64,000 bases of DNA from an uncultured Actinomycetota bacterium (GTDB lineage: Bacteria; Actinomycetota; Actinomycetes; Mycobacteriales; Nakamurellaceae), in assembly GCA_963695865.1 (NCBI GenBank), contig CAVOIW010000004.1, positions 295,320-359,319 of the forward strand, read 5' to 3'. Position numbers and translations under genes: made by a program. Positions 1 through 9,408 of the stretch are shown here, piece after piece. The notes below the pieces were generated by a model, which worked only from the letters and a program-made list of their open reading frames with translations, made no database searches and was not told the origin of the DNA. Within the stretch, counting starts at the first letter, position 1. The number at the start of each line of letters is the position of its first letter.

Positions 1-1155
1 GAGCGTCCGGCGGGCGGCGCGGGAATACAGCCGCCGAGCACCCTCGGAGTCTCCGGAGAGTTCCATCAGGTGAGCGCGCACCGCGTCCGCGCGATGGTTT
101 CCGGGCGGCGAGGTCAGCTCGACCGCGTCGAGGTCGGCTAGACCGGCCGCCGGTCCCAGCACCATCGCCACCGCGACGCTACGACTCAACGCCACGATGG
201 GGCCCGGAGCTATCGTCATCAGCAGGTCGTACAGAGCCAGAATCTGCGGCCAGTCTGTCGCCGCCGCCGTGGTCGCCTCGCTGTGCACCGCAGCGATCGC
301 CGCCTGCAACTGATAGGGGCCGACCGCGGCAGTTTCCAGCGCGTCGGTGATCAACGCGATTCCCTCCGCGATGCCGCCGGCATCCCACTTGCGACGGTCC
401 TGGTCGCTCAGCGGAACGAGGTCCCCGGTCTCGTTGGTTCGGGCCGGGCGCCGTGCGTCGGTCATCAGCATCAGGGCCAGCAGGCCGGTCACTTCGCCAT
501 CGCCCGGGCGCTGGGCGTGGACCTGCCGGGTCAGCCGAATCGCCTCTCGGGTCAGATCGACTCTGGTCAGGGATGCGCCTGAACTGGCCGTGTGGCCTTC
601 GTTGAAGATCATGTAGAGCACTTCGAGCAGGGTTGAGATGCGAGCCGGTAGTTCCGCCGCCGGCGGCATCCGGAAGTCGGCTCCGCTGGCTCTGATTCGT
701 TGCTTGGCCCGGCTGATGCGTTGTGCCACAGTTGCTTCCGGAAGTAAGTAGGCACGGGCGATCTCCGCAGTGGTCAGACCGCCGACGGCGCGGAGAGTCA
801 GTGCGACCTGAGCCGCACGGCTCAACGACGGATGTGCGCACAGCAGAAAGAGCGTCAGGGTGTCGTCCTCGGCGGGTGCACTGCTGGAGTCCGTCGGGGC
901 CAGCAGCGCCACACTGCGCTCGCGTCGCAGCCGCGCTGAGTCGCTGCGCCAGAGCTCGATGCGCCGCCTGGATGCTGCCGTGATCAACCAGCCGGTCGGG
1001 TTGGCCGGCGTGCCGTCTCTCGGCCATTGCAGCGCGGCAGCCAGCAGTGCTTCCTGCACCGCGTCCTCGCACAGCGCCAGATCGCCGTATCGGCGTACCA
1101 GGGCCGACAGCACGCGGGGGGTCAGCTCGCGCAGCAGCGGCTCGATTCCCGACAC
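1..1155 (-). CDS. ECF-family RNA polymerase sigma factor with long C-terminal extension (ECF42-like). The 3' end runs off the left edge of the window.
   Basis: Minus-strand frame starting at GTG (complement of 1153-1155) reads VSGIEPLLRELTPRVLSALVRRYGDLALCEDAVQEALLAAALQWP (sigma-70 region-2 helix). Further on, around 300-360, the same frame reads LITDALETAAVGPYQLQAAIAAVH, typical of ECF sigma factors with a TPR-like C-terminal extension that pair with YciI/DGPF genes. The frame is still open at position 1. It is not in the ORF track because there is no stop inside the window. Internal stops were not checked exhaustively. Confidence 0.7.
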   Translation of the reverse strand, partial: MSGIEPLLRELTPRVLSALVRRYGDLALCEDAVQEALLAAALQWPRDGTPANPTGWLITAASRRRIELWRSDSARLRRERSVALLAPTDSSSAPAEDDTLTLFLLCAHPSLSRAAQVALTLRAVGGLTTAEIARAYLLPEATVAQRISRAKQRIRASGADFRMPPAAELPARISTLLEVLYMIFNEGHTASSGASLTRVDLTREAIRLTRQVHAQRPGDGEVTGLLALMLMTDARRPARTNETGDLVPLSDQDRRKWDAGGIAEGIALITDALETAAVGPYQLQAAIAAVHSEATTAAATDWPQILALYDLLMTIAPGPIVALSRSVAVAMVLGPAAGLADLDAVELTSPPGNHRADAVRAHLMELSGDSEGARRLYSRAARRTL

Positions 1156-1159
1156 GGGG

Positions 1160-1531
1160 TCACACGTCGAACATGCTCAAGTCGAATACCGGTCGCACCT
1201 CGACCGATCCGGTCAGCGCGTCGGGCACCGACGCGGCGATGTCGACGGCCGCGTCGATCGTCTCGCACTCGACCAGATAGAAGCCGGCCAGGTATTCCTT
1301 CACCTCGGCGAACGGTCCGTCGCTGGTCTGCGTGACACCGTTCCGCACCGAAACCCGTTTTGCCAGCTCGGGATCGGCCAGTCCCTCGGACGCGACCAGG
1401 TCGCCCGATTCCAGGAGTCGGTCCTTCAGATCGGCATGGGCCCGGCCGAACGCCCACCGTTGGTCGTCCGTCATCGTCTCCCACAGCGCCCTGGAGGCCG
1501 GATTGCTCTGGATCAGGATCAAGTACTTCAT
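1160..1531 (-). CDS. YciI-like / DGPF domain protein
   Basis: ORF 1160..1537 translates MDMKYLILIQSNPASRALWETMTDDQRWAFGRAHADLKDRLLESGDLVASEGLADPELAKRVSVRNGVTQTSDGPFAEVKEYLAGFYLVECETIDAAVD (YciI/DGPF fold). Likely start is the ATG at 1529-1531 (MKYLIL). Stop is 3 bp from the sigma-factor start, the classic DGPF-then-ECF42 arrangement. Confidence 0.85.
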   Translation of the reverse strand: MKYLILIQSNPASRALWETMTDDQRWAFGRAHADLKDRLLESGDLVASEGLADPELAKRVSVRNGVTQTSDGPFAEVKEYLAGFYLVECETIDAAVDIAASVPDALTGSVEVRPVFDLSMFDV

Positions 1532-1558
1532 GTCCACCTGCCTTCATGTCCACCTGCC
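1527..1558. repeat. Perfect 16-bp tandem duplication (ttcatgtccacctgcc x2) covering the YciI ribosome-binding site and start codon
   Basis: Read directly: 1527-1542 is identical to 1543-1558. On the minus strand each copy carries AGGTGG then ACATGAA (SD plus ATG). The copies are 16 bp apart, so the two ATGs are in different frames. Confidence 0.9.
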
Positions 1559-1714
1559 GTTCGGTTGGCTCGCATGTCCCTCTGCACATCATGTCGAGAC
1601 CGGTCCTCGAGTCTCTACGTACCTTGACAGAGCTCACCGACACCCGCCCCCGTGACGTCGTGGAGTTCTGATGGCACTGCAGTCGTACCCACCCGCGAGA
1701 AAGGACTCAGGCAA

Positions 1715-2101
1715 ATGCTCGAGCACTCCAAGGCCTTCAGTGGATTCTCGGTTGACGACATCGCCGAAGCGAAGCGCTTCTACGGCGAAACACTCGGTCT
1801 GTCGGTCACCGAGGCCAACGGAATGTTGAACCTCGTCACGCCTGACGATCGGGTGACGCTGATCTATCCCAAAGGGGAGCAGCATGTCCCCGCGACGTAC
1901 ACGATCCTGAACTTCCCGGTCGAGGACATCGACGCCGTCGTCGATGAACTCGCGGGCAGGGGCGTCGAGATGACGAGATTCCCCGGGATGCCGCAGGACG
2001 ACAAGGGAATCATGCGGGGCCGCGCGGCCGGACAGGGACCGGACATCGCCTGGTTCACCGATCCGGCCGGGAATGTGCTGTCGGTGCTGCAGGGCGACTG
2101 A
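1715..2101 (+). CDS. VOC family protein (glyoxalase / bleomycin-resistance fold)
   Basis: ORF 1652..2101. MLEHSKAFSGFSVDDIAEAKRFYGETLGLSVTEANGMLNLVTPDDRVTLIYPKGEQHVPATYTILNFPVEDIDAVVDELAGRGVEMTRFPGM is a typical VOC/glyoxalase-like sequence. ATG at 1715 is preceded by gagaaagga. Confidence 0.8.
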   Translation: MLEHSKAFSGFSVDDIAEAKRFYGETLGLSVTEANGMLNLVTPDDRVTLIYPKGEQHVPATYTILNFPVEDIDAVVDELAGRGVEMTRFPGMPQDDKGIMRGRAAGQGPDIAWFTDPAGNVLSVLQGD

Positions 2102-2269
2102 CCTGGCTGATCCTGACCGGAGAAATGCAGTCCGGGCGAGTGCTACGGCCGCCGCCGCCTGCGATACCGTGCTCACTCGAGCCCCGTCGGCGGCTGTCCC
2201 GGTCGCTGTCACTGACCGGGTGCCGGCTCGTAGCGACCGGCCATCGGGTTGGTCAGAACAGGAGATTCC

Positions 2270-2969
2270 ATGCCTGCTCGCAAGAGAGCCCTGGTCGTCC
2301 GGGGTGGCTGGGACGGCCATCAACCCGTCGAGGCCACCGACCTCTTCGTTCCGCACCTGCGCAGGTCCGACTACGACGTCGACATCCACGACTCGCCGAA
2401 AATCTATGCCGATGCCGACTACATGGCCGGGGTCGACCTCGTGCATGCAGTGCATGACGATGTCCACCATCGAACCGGCGGAGTTCGTCGGGCTCCGGGC
2501 AGCCGTCGCCGCCGGGACGGGTCTGGCCGGCTGGCACGGCGGCATCGCGGACTCCTATCGCAACAGCTCGGACTATCTGCACCTGATCGGCGGCCAGTTC
2601 GCGTGCCACCCCGGCAAACACCCGGACGAGCGGGTGGGCGAGCAATCGGACAACTACGTGCCGTACACCATCAACATGCTTCCGTCCGCGGTGTCCCACC
2701 CGATCACGGCCGGCATCCACGACTTCCAGCTGACGACCGAGCAGTACTGGGTGCTCTGCGACTCCTACATCGACGTCCTGGCCACCACCACCCAGCCGGT
2801 TCGGCCGTGGGATCCGTGGACCAGACCGGTTGTCTCTCCGGCGATCTGGACCAGGCAGTGGGGCCGCGGCCGGATTTTCGTCACCACCGCCGGCCACAAT
2901 GTCGACGTGCTGCGAGACGCGAACGTCACCGCGATCATCGAGAGGGGCCTGCTGTGGGCGAGCCGCTGA
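2270..2969 (+). pseudogene. ThuA-domain protein (trehalose-utilisation-like), with one frame change near 2440
   Basis: Frame 2 from ATG 2270 reads MPARKRALVVRGGWDGHQPVEATDLFVPHLRRSDYDVDIHDSPKIYADADYMAGVDL. It continues in frame 0 (ORF 2073..2969) as QCMTMSTIEPAEFVGLRAAVAAGTGLAGWHGGIADSYRNSSDYLHLIGGQFACHPG...VTTAGHNVDVLRDANVTAIIERGLLWASR. The junction lies in gtgcatgcagtgcatgac and implies a +1 shift. This is either a pseudogene or an assembly indel. Confidence 0.7.
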
Positions 2970-4068
2970 GGCTTGGCATCGTAGGCCTCGGGCACATCAG
3001 CAAGCAGTACCTGCAGACACTGGACCGGCTCGACTCCGTCGAGCTGGTGGCCGTCGCCGACCTGAACCAGGATCTCGCCAACCGGATCGCCGGCGAGCGG
3101 GCCGGCGTTCGAGCCGTTGCAGCGTTGCGGAGCTGGTCGGCATCGCCGACGTCCAGATGGTCCTCAACCTGACCATCCCGGCGGCACACGCCGACATCGC
3201 CCTGCAGGCGATCGCCGCCGGAAAGAGCGTCTACGGCGAAAAGCCGCTCGCCCTCGACACGGCACAGGGGCGGGCAGTGCTCGGTGCCGCCGACGCCGCT
3301 GGTGTCGTTCTCGGGTGCGCTCCTGACACCGTGCTCGGTACGGGCATCCAGACGGCTCGAAAAGCCGTGGACGACAACCTGATCGGCGCGCCGATCGCGG
3401 CCACCGCCACCATGGTCGTCCCGGGACACGAACGATGGCATCCCAATCCCGACTTCTACTACCAGCCGGGCGGCGGACCGCTCCTGGACATGGGCCCGTA
3501 CTACCTGACGTCGCTGGTGACCCTGCTCGGTCCGGTCACCTCTGTGATGGCGGTGTCGAGCCGCACCCGATCGACCCGCACCATCGGCTCCGGCGCCCGC
3601 GCAGGGCGAGATCATCCCGGTCGACATCGATACCCACCTCACCGGGGTGCTCACCCATGCCACCGGTGTGCTGTCGACCCTGGTGATGAGTTTCGACGCC
3701 GTCGCGAGTCGATCGGCGAACATCGAGATCCACGGCGAACTGGGCAGTCTCGTCGTACCCGACCCGAACTATTTCGACGGCGAGGTGGAGATCAGGAGGC
3801 TGGGGGAGACCACCTGGTCCGCTCTTCCGGTGAGCGCCGGATACCTCGGTGCCGGCCGAGGTATCGGCATCGCCGATCTCGCCGCCACTCCGGCCGGGCA
3901 ACTACCGCGAGCCAGCGGAGCGCTCGCCTACCACGTGCTGGAGATCATGGAAGCGCTGCTGTCCTCCGCCGCAGAGCGGCACAACGGTGCCCGTGGCGAG
4001 TACGGCGGAACGGCCATCTCCCGGTTCCGCTGCAGACGATGGGAATGCAGCCGCCCACCCCAGGTTGA
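2954..4068 (+). pseudogene. Gfo/Idh/MocA family NAD(P)-dependent oxidoreductase, with several frame changes
   Basis: GTG at 2954 overlaps the ThuA stop and reads GEPLRLGIVGLGHISKQYLQTLDRLDSVELVAVADLN (Rossmann N-terminus). The protein is reconstituted from frame 2, then frame 1 (AELVGIADVQMVLNLTIPAAHADIALQAIAAGKSVYGEKPLALD...), then frame 2 (EIIPVDIDTHLTGVLTHATGVLSTLVMSFDAV...HVLEIMEALLSSAAER), and probably frames 0 and 1 at the C-terminus (ERPSP/VPLQTMGMQPPTPG, stop 4066-4068). Shifts are near 3107, 3615 (extra g in caggg), about 3985 and about 4017 (extra c in tctccc). Confidence 0.7.
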
Positions 4069-4135
4069 GCCGCGACGGCCGCCGGTATCGCATTCCGGCT
4101 GGCCCGGTGACATCGGCCATCGCCCACGGCAGGCT

Positions 4136-6565
4136 TTATACGGTCACGACGTCGACCGGTGTGACCAGAATGCGGTCGTGCCCGACGGTCCGCAGCGGCC
4201 CGGTCAACCGGAACTCGCTGCGGCATCTGATGTCCGAGGCGGACAAGCCGACGAGCACCTCGATCAGGCCTGGCTCGACGATGCGGGTGAGGTCACGGCC
4301 GGTGAAGGCGGTGCGGTCGGCGTGGACGCGGAACGTCACCTCGGCTGCCGCGCCCGGCTCCAGGGTCGTGCGAACAAAGCCGGTCAGCACCTTGACCGGC
4401 CGCACCACTTGCGCCACCACATCGTGCAGATACAGCTGGACCACCTCGTCGCCGGCCCGCGGACCGGTATTCGTCAACTTGACCGTCACAGTGAGTTCGC
4501 CGTCCGTGGGTATCTCGCTGTCGCTGATTTCCAGGTCCGACAACGCGAAGGTCGTGTACGACGCGCCGTGGCCGAACGGGAACAACGGCGTCGGATCGAT
4601 GCTGCTGATGCCCACGTCGTCGGCGCCCAGTGGGGGCTGGAGGTACGTCCCCGGCTGGCCGCCCGGTGCCCTCGGGATCTGCACAGGCAGCTTGCCGCCG
4701 GGCTGGAGCCGACCGGAGATGATCCCGGCGATGGCTCCCGCGCCCTCTTCGCCGGGCATGAACGCCTGGATCAATCCGGCTGCCCCGGCGTGTACGTCAC
4801 CCAGCGCGTAGGGGCGGCCGGAGACGACCACCACCACGACCGGGGTGCCCGTCGCGACCAGCTCTGCGATCAGCTCCGCCTGCACACCCGGCAGCTGCAG
4901 ATCCGCGGCATCACATCCCTCGCCGGACGTGCCGAGGCCGAACAGGCCCGCGAGGTCGCCGACAAAGGCGACGCAGACGTCGGCCTCCCTCGCCGCCGAG
5001 GCCGCCGCCGCAAGCCCCGACCGGTCCGATCCCTGGACGGAACAGCCCTGCGCATAGGTGATCTCGACGTCGCCCAGTTCCGCTCGGAGCCCGTCGAGCG
5101 CGGACGGCACCTCGATGCCCATCCCGCGACCCGGGTATCTGGGCAGCACATGATTCGGAAATGCGTAGCAGCCCATGAAGGTACGAGGATCGTCGGCGCA
5201 CGGACCCACCACCGCGACGCGGCGGGGCTCGGGCCGGTCGGCGCCGGACAAGGGCAGCGCTGTCCCCGCATCGAGCAGGATGATGGATCGTTCGGCCAAT
5301 TCCCGCGCCAGCGCCCGGTTCGACGCCGAGTCGAGGTCCCGGTCGGCGGCGCCCGAGACGGAGCCCTCCGGGGTCCACTCGGGATCGAGCAGCCCCAGCT
5401 CGAGCTTCTGCCGGAGCAGTCGCCCGACGGCTCGGTCGATCTGCGCTTCCGGAATCTCGCCGAGCCGCACCCGCTCGACCAGATGCTGCCCGAAGCCGAG
5501 AGTGTCGGGCAGTTCGACGTCCATGCCTGCGCCGAGTGCCAGCACGCCTGCCTGCTCGAAGTCCGCCGCAACGTGGTGCATCGTGGCCAGGAACGGAACC
5601 GCCCAGTAGTCGGAGACGACCGTGCCAGTGAAGCCCCACCGTTCCCGCAGAATCTCGGTGAGCAAGTAAGGGTCCGCAGCGGCCGGGACCCCGTCGATGT
5701 CGGAATAGGAGTTCATCACGGACCCGGCACCCGCCAGCGCAATGGCCGTCTCGAACGGCGGCAGGATGACGTCGAGCAATTCCCGCCGCCCCAACGACAC
5801 CGGCGCGTGGTTGCGCGCCGCGCGGGAGGCCGAGTAGCCGGCAAAGTGTTTCAGCGTGGCGATGACGCCCGAGCTCTGCAGACCACGAACGTACGCTGAG
5901 CCGAGCATCGAGACCAGGTACGGATCCTCGCCGATGGTCTCCTCGACACGGCCCCAGCGATAGTCACGAACGACGTCCAACACGGGCGAGAGTCCTTGGT
6001 GGACGCCGACAGCGGCCATATCCGCTCCGATCGCGGCCGCCATCCGCTCGATCAGTTCGGCGTCGAACGTTGCCCCCCAGGCGATGGCCGATGGGTACAC
6101 GGTTGCCCCGAAGGTGGTGAACCCGGTCAGGCACTCCTCGTGGACCAGCGCCGGGATGCCGAGCCGCGAATTGGCCAGGACGACGCGGTGCTGACGCACG
6201 AGTTCTGCGGAGCCTTCTGCGGCGGTAACAGGCGCACTGCCGTACACGCGGGTGAGCTGGCCCAGCCCGTGCTGACTCGCCTCCTCCAGGCCGACGGTGC
6301 CGGAAGCCGCGAAGACGTCCGCCATCGGCGCGACATTGAATGTCACGTCCTCGTCGGATGTCGGGCCGTCTGGGGTCGTCGGCGGCTGTTCCGAAGGACT
6401 CTCCGCCGGCATGTCGTTGCCGAGCCAACGGCTGCCGAGTTGTCCGACCTTCTCCTCGAGGGTCATCTGCGCCAGCAGCAGGTCGACCCGCTCGGACACG
6501 GTCGATGTCGGATCCTGCCACGGGCGCGAAGCCACCGGCCCGGCAGCGTTCGACGGCGTCGTCAT
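4136..6565 (-). CDS. Glycoside hydrolase family 3 beta-glucosidase (GH3 N- and C-terminal domains plus Fn3-like C-terminal domain)
   Basis: ORF 4136..6676 is an uninterrupted 846 aa. MTTPSNAAG...LLAQMTLEEKVGQL is the classic GH3 N-terminus. Likely start ATG is the complement of 6563-6565, preceded by GGAGAG. The C-terminus ...GELTVTVKLTNTGPRAGDEVVQLYLHDV... matches the GH3 Fn3-like domain. Confidence 0.9.
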   Translation of the reverse strand: MTTPSNAAGPVASRPWQDPTSTVSERVDLLLAQMTLEEKVGQLGSRWLGNDMPAESPSEQPPTTPDGPTSDEDVTFNVAPMADVFAASGTVGLEEASQHGLGQLTRVYGSAPVTAAEGSAELVRQHRVVLANSRLGIPALVHEECLTGFTTFGATVYPSAIAWGATFDAELIERMAAAIGADMAAVGVHQGLSPVLDVVRDYRWGRVEETIGEDPYLVSMLGSAYVRGLQSSGVIATLKHFAGYSASRAARNHAPVSLGRRELLDVILPPFETAIALAGAGSVMNSYSDIDGVPAAADPYLLTEILRERWGFTGTVVSDYWAVPFLATMHHVAADFEQAGVLALGAGMDVELPDTLGFGQHLVERVRLGEIPEAQIDRAVGRLLRQKLELGLLDPEWTPEGSVSGAADRDLDSASNRALARELAERSIILLDAGTALPLSGADRPEPRRVAVVGPCADDPRTFMGCYAFPNHVLPRYPGRGMGIEVPSALDGLRAELGDVEITYAQGCSVQGSDRSGLAAAASAAREADVCVAFVGDLAGLFGLGTSGEGCDAADLQLPGVQAELIAELVATGTPVVVVVVSGRPYALGDVHAGAAGLIQAFMPGEEGAGAIAGIISGRLQPGGKLPVQIPRAPGGQPGTYLQPPLGADDVGISSIDPTPLFPFGHGASYTTFALSDLEISDSEIPTDGELTVTVKLTNTGPRAGDEVVQLYLHDVVAQVVRPVKVLTGFVRTTLEPGAAAEVTFRVHADRTAFTGRDLTRIVEPGLIEVLVGLSASDIRCRSEFRLTGPLRTVGHDRILVTPVDVVTV

Positions 6566-6813
6566 CAGCTCTCCTGCTTCCGTTGATCCCGGCCCCAAGG
6601 TCCGACGAAACGTACCCTGCCACTTGCGCTGTCGGCGTTCAAGGGTCAGCAGGTGGAGCTCGATGCCAAGCCGCACCGGAGTCGCCCGCGGTCGATGGGT
6701 TTCCGCGTCGGCGCTCCGGGTTACGGTGAAGCAGAGCGGTCGCTAGGCATCAGATACGGCGTGGCCGCCAGCCAATGCCGATGCCCCGGTACTCGATGGA
6801 AAGGACAGCACTG

Positions 6814-7248
6814 ATGGTTGACGACGACACGGGTCGCGAGAACGAGGGTGCCGACGACGTTCCGGCTCAGCTCGACAGCGGCGAGACGCTGTTCGACCGC
6901 GGTTTGGACGACTGGCTCGACGAGGGCTACTCACCGCCCGACCGCGAGCCGTCGGTCGACGTGCCTACCGAGGCCGAAGAGCAGCAGGGTCTGAGTCTGG
7001 ACACGCTCCTGGCCGCCGAGGAGCCCGACGTCGGGGCGGGGGAGCCGCAGAACCTGTACTCCGAGTACGGCGATGAGGTCGGCGATCGGCGCGCGGGGCG
7101 ACTGGTCGACGGCGACGAGGGCGCCTACGTCGACACGGACAAGGACCTCTGGGCCGGTGATGTCGGCATCGACGGTGCCGGCGCCACCGCCGAGGAGGCC
7201 GCTGTCCACGTCATCGATCTCGACAGCGACGACGGCAGCGAGGACTGA
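6814..7248 (+). CDS. Highly acidic Asp/Glu-rich hypothetical protein (DUF5709-like)
   Basis: ORF 6775..7248. ATG at 6814 is preceded by gaaagga. Sequence MVDDDTGRENEGADDVPAQLDSGETLFDRGLDDWLDEGYSPPDREPSVDVPTEAEEQQGL...DLDSDDGSED. Family assignment is from memory only. Confidence 0.6.
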   Translation: MVDDDTGRENEGADDVPAQLDSGETLFDRGLDDWLDEGYSPPDREPSVDVPTEAEEQQGLSLDTLLAAEEPDVGAGEPQNLYSEYGDEVGDRRAGRLVDGDEGAYVDTDKDLWAGDVGIDGAGATAEEAAVHVIDLDSDDGSED

Positions 7249-7619
7249 TCGGCCGCCGTTCACCGGCCTGCGCCGCGCTTGACCGGCTCGGCTGGACGAC
7301 GCGAAAAAAATCGTTGCGAACGGGCCGATCCGCGGTTACCTTCGAAATCGAACCCGGAAGGAGGTGGTCCCACGTTGAAGACGTACAGGACTTGTGAGGT
7401 GGCTGGCCGCTAGGCCGCCGTTCCATCACGTCGGACCGTGGTCCGTTCCCTACCGGGAACAGCGGTCAGGCAAGTAGTGGACAGTCACCCGACCCCCGGG
7501 CTGCCGACCATCGTCCAGTCGGCCCTCTGTCGCGACTCCAGCGTCAGGCGGAGGAACCGCCCGGGGGTTGTCCTGTCCCTGCTAGCTTTCTGCCCGTGAC
7601 GACCGCCGTTTTCCGTAGC

Positions 7620-8262
7620 TCACTGGTCCAGATATTTGATCACCGCCAGCACCCTGCGGTTGTCGTCCTCGCTCACCGGCAGGTCCAGCTTCGCGAAGAT
7701 GGCGGCGCTGTACTTTCCGACGGCCTTCTCGGTGATGAACATGCGCGCGGCGATGGCCGCGTTCGAACGTCCCTCGGCCATCAGTCCCAGCACCTCCGTC
7801 TCGCGAGGCGTGAGCCCGGCGAGCGGCGCGGCTGTTCTGGGCCTCGCGAGCAACTGCGCGATCACCTCCGGATCCATCGCCGTCCCGCCGCCGGCCACCC
7901 GCCGCACGGCCTCCACGAATTGATCGAGGTCGGAGATCCGGTCCTTCAACAGGTAGCCGATGCCGCCGTGGCCGCCGGCCAGCAATTCGCGGGCGTACAA
8001 CTGCTCGACGTACTGACTCAGCACCAGGATGGGCAGCCCAGGAATCTGCTGCCGGGCGGAAATGGCCGCCCGCAATCCCTCATCGGTGAACGTCGGCGGG
8101 AGCCGCACATCGACGATGCCCACATCCGGCCGGTGCTGCACAAGGGCACGCAACAGTCCCGGCCCGTTGTCCACCGCTTCGACCACCTCGAACCCGTGGG
8201 CTCGCAGCAGCCGGATCAACCCGTCGCGTAGGAGGGCTAGGTCTTCTCCGATGACAACACGC
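7620..8262 (-). CDS. NarL/FixJ (LuxR-type) two-component response regulator
   Basis: ORF 7620..8450. The real start is probably GTG (complement of 8260-8262): VRVVIGEDLALLRDGLIRLLRAHGFEVVEAVDNGPGLL...LTPRETEVLGLMAEGRSNAAIAARMFITEKAVGKYSAAIFAKLDL (REC domain plus LuxR HTH). The start overlaps the upstream kinase stop by about 26 bp. Confidence 0.9.
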
Positions 8263-9373
8263 ACGGCAGCTCCATGGAGATGATGGTCGGCCCGCCGATC
8301 GGGCTGGCCACGGTGACGGTCCCGTCGAATGCTGCCAGCCGACGCTCGATCCCGTGCAATCCGCCACCCGGGGTGGAGACCGCACCACCCACGCCGCTGT
8401 CGCCGACCGAGACACTGAGCCGTCCGTTCGCGTGCCGCATCCAGATCCACGCGTTACGCGCGCTCGAATGCTTGGCCGCGTTGGTCAACGCCTCGGCCAC
8501 CGCGAAGTAGACGGCCGATTCCACCGGCGCAGGGGCGCGGCCGACGAGTACGGCATCGACATCGACGGCCAACGGCGCCGCCAGGGCCAGCGCCTGTACG
8601 CCGCCGATCAAACCGCGGTCGGCCAGCACCGGCGGATGGATGCCGCGAACCAGCCCACGCAGATCACTGAGTGCGGCCGAGGCCGACTGCCGGCTCTCCG
8701 CGATCAGTTCTCTGGTCAGTTCGGGATCTGAGTCCATCATCTGCTCGGCCAACCCGAGGTTCATGCTCAGGGCCACCAACCGGGCCTGGGCCCCGTCGTG
8801 CAGATCCCGCTCGATGCGTCTGATCTCCGCGGCCTGGGTGTCGACCGTCTCGGCCCTCGACGTGGAAAGCTCGCCGATCCGCTGGGCCATCGCCTGTTCG
8901 TCCGTCCGACGCAGTACGACGGAGCTGATCGTCAGGTAGGTGCGCACCATCACCGGCGACGCGAACAAGCCCAGCGGAAACACGATGAAGAAGACGAGCG
9001 AGACGATCCCCAGCGCGAATCCGAGGATGGCCGAAATCAGCAGCTGCAGCAGATCACGGTAGGTCGCCGTGTCGGTCAGCCGGATCCGCAGGCTTTCCAG
9101 GATCCCCTCCGTCCCGACGGACTTGTACGGGCGCTCGACCGGACTGCCCAGCATCCGTCCGGCAAGGTCCCGTTCCCACATCGACAGACCCCGCACGAGC
9201 GACAACGTCAAGGTCAGCAGGGGCAGACCGACCCAGATCACGATGAGGGCGAACGACACCACGACCAGCGGCAGCAACAGGATCGACAGAAAGCCCTGGG
9301 CGGTGATCGCGCCGGCGGCGCCCAGGGTGGCCTTTGCACCTGTACGGCGGGCTGGTCTGCCTTCGGAGGTCAT
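8237..9373 (-). CDS. Sensor histidine kinase (HisKA_3 / NarL-partner type)
   Basis: ORF 8237..9859. Likely start ATG is the complement of 9371-9373 (MTSEGRPARRTGAKATL). Two transmembrane segments, H-box LHDGAQARLVALSMNLGLAE, and ATPase motifs ...AEALTNAAKHSSARNAWI...VGDSGVGG. The N-terminal extension in the track is not supported. Confidence 0.85.
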   Translation of the reverse strand: MTSEGRPARRTGAKATLGAAGAITAQGFLSILLLPLVVVSFALIVIWVGLPLLTLTLSLVRGLSMWERDLAGRMLGSPVERPYKSVGTEGILESLRIRLTDTATYRDLLQLLISAILGFALGIVSLVFFIVFPLGLFASPVMVRTYLTISSVVLRRTDEQAMAQRIGELSTSRAETVDTQAAEIRRIERDLHDGAQARLVALSMNLGLAEQMMDSDPELTRELIAESRQSASAALSDLRGLVRGIHPPVLADRGLIGGVQALALAAPLAVDVDAVLVGRAPAPVESAVYFAVAEALTNAAKHSSARNAWIWMRHANGRLSVSVGDSGVGGAVSTPGGGLHGIERRLAAFDGTVTVASPIGGPTIISMELPCVLSSEKT

Positions 9374-9408
9374 AGCTCGATTCTGACCTACCCGGCGGAC
9401 GGTGACCG

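Noticed and set aside
179-1072. 297-aa minus-strand ORF, Arg/Gly-rich (MRGRGAGSTAGCRAAMAERRHAG...)
   Set aside because: It is out of frame with the ECF sigma-factor gene, which occupies the same strand and interval. The composition is typical of a wrong-frame shadow ORF in GC-rich DNA.
3647-5899. 750-aa plus-strand ORF
   Set aside because: Only its first about 130 codons belong to the Gfo/Idh/MocA gene. The rest is the antisense shadow of the GH3 gene, with no recognisable protein features.
7300-7315. A7 run (gcgaaaaaaatcg) in the 7.3-kb intergenic region, considered as part of an intrinsic terminator
   Set aside because: On the plus strand it is an A-run, not a U-run. On the minus strand the T-run precedes any possible stem rather than following it. 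No convincing hairpin is adjacent.
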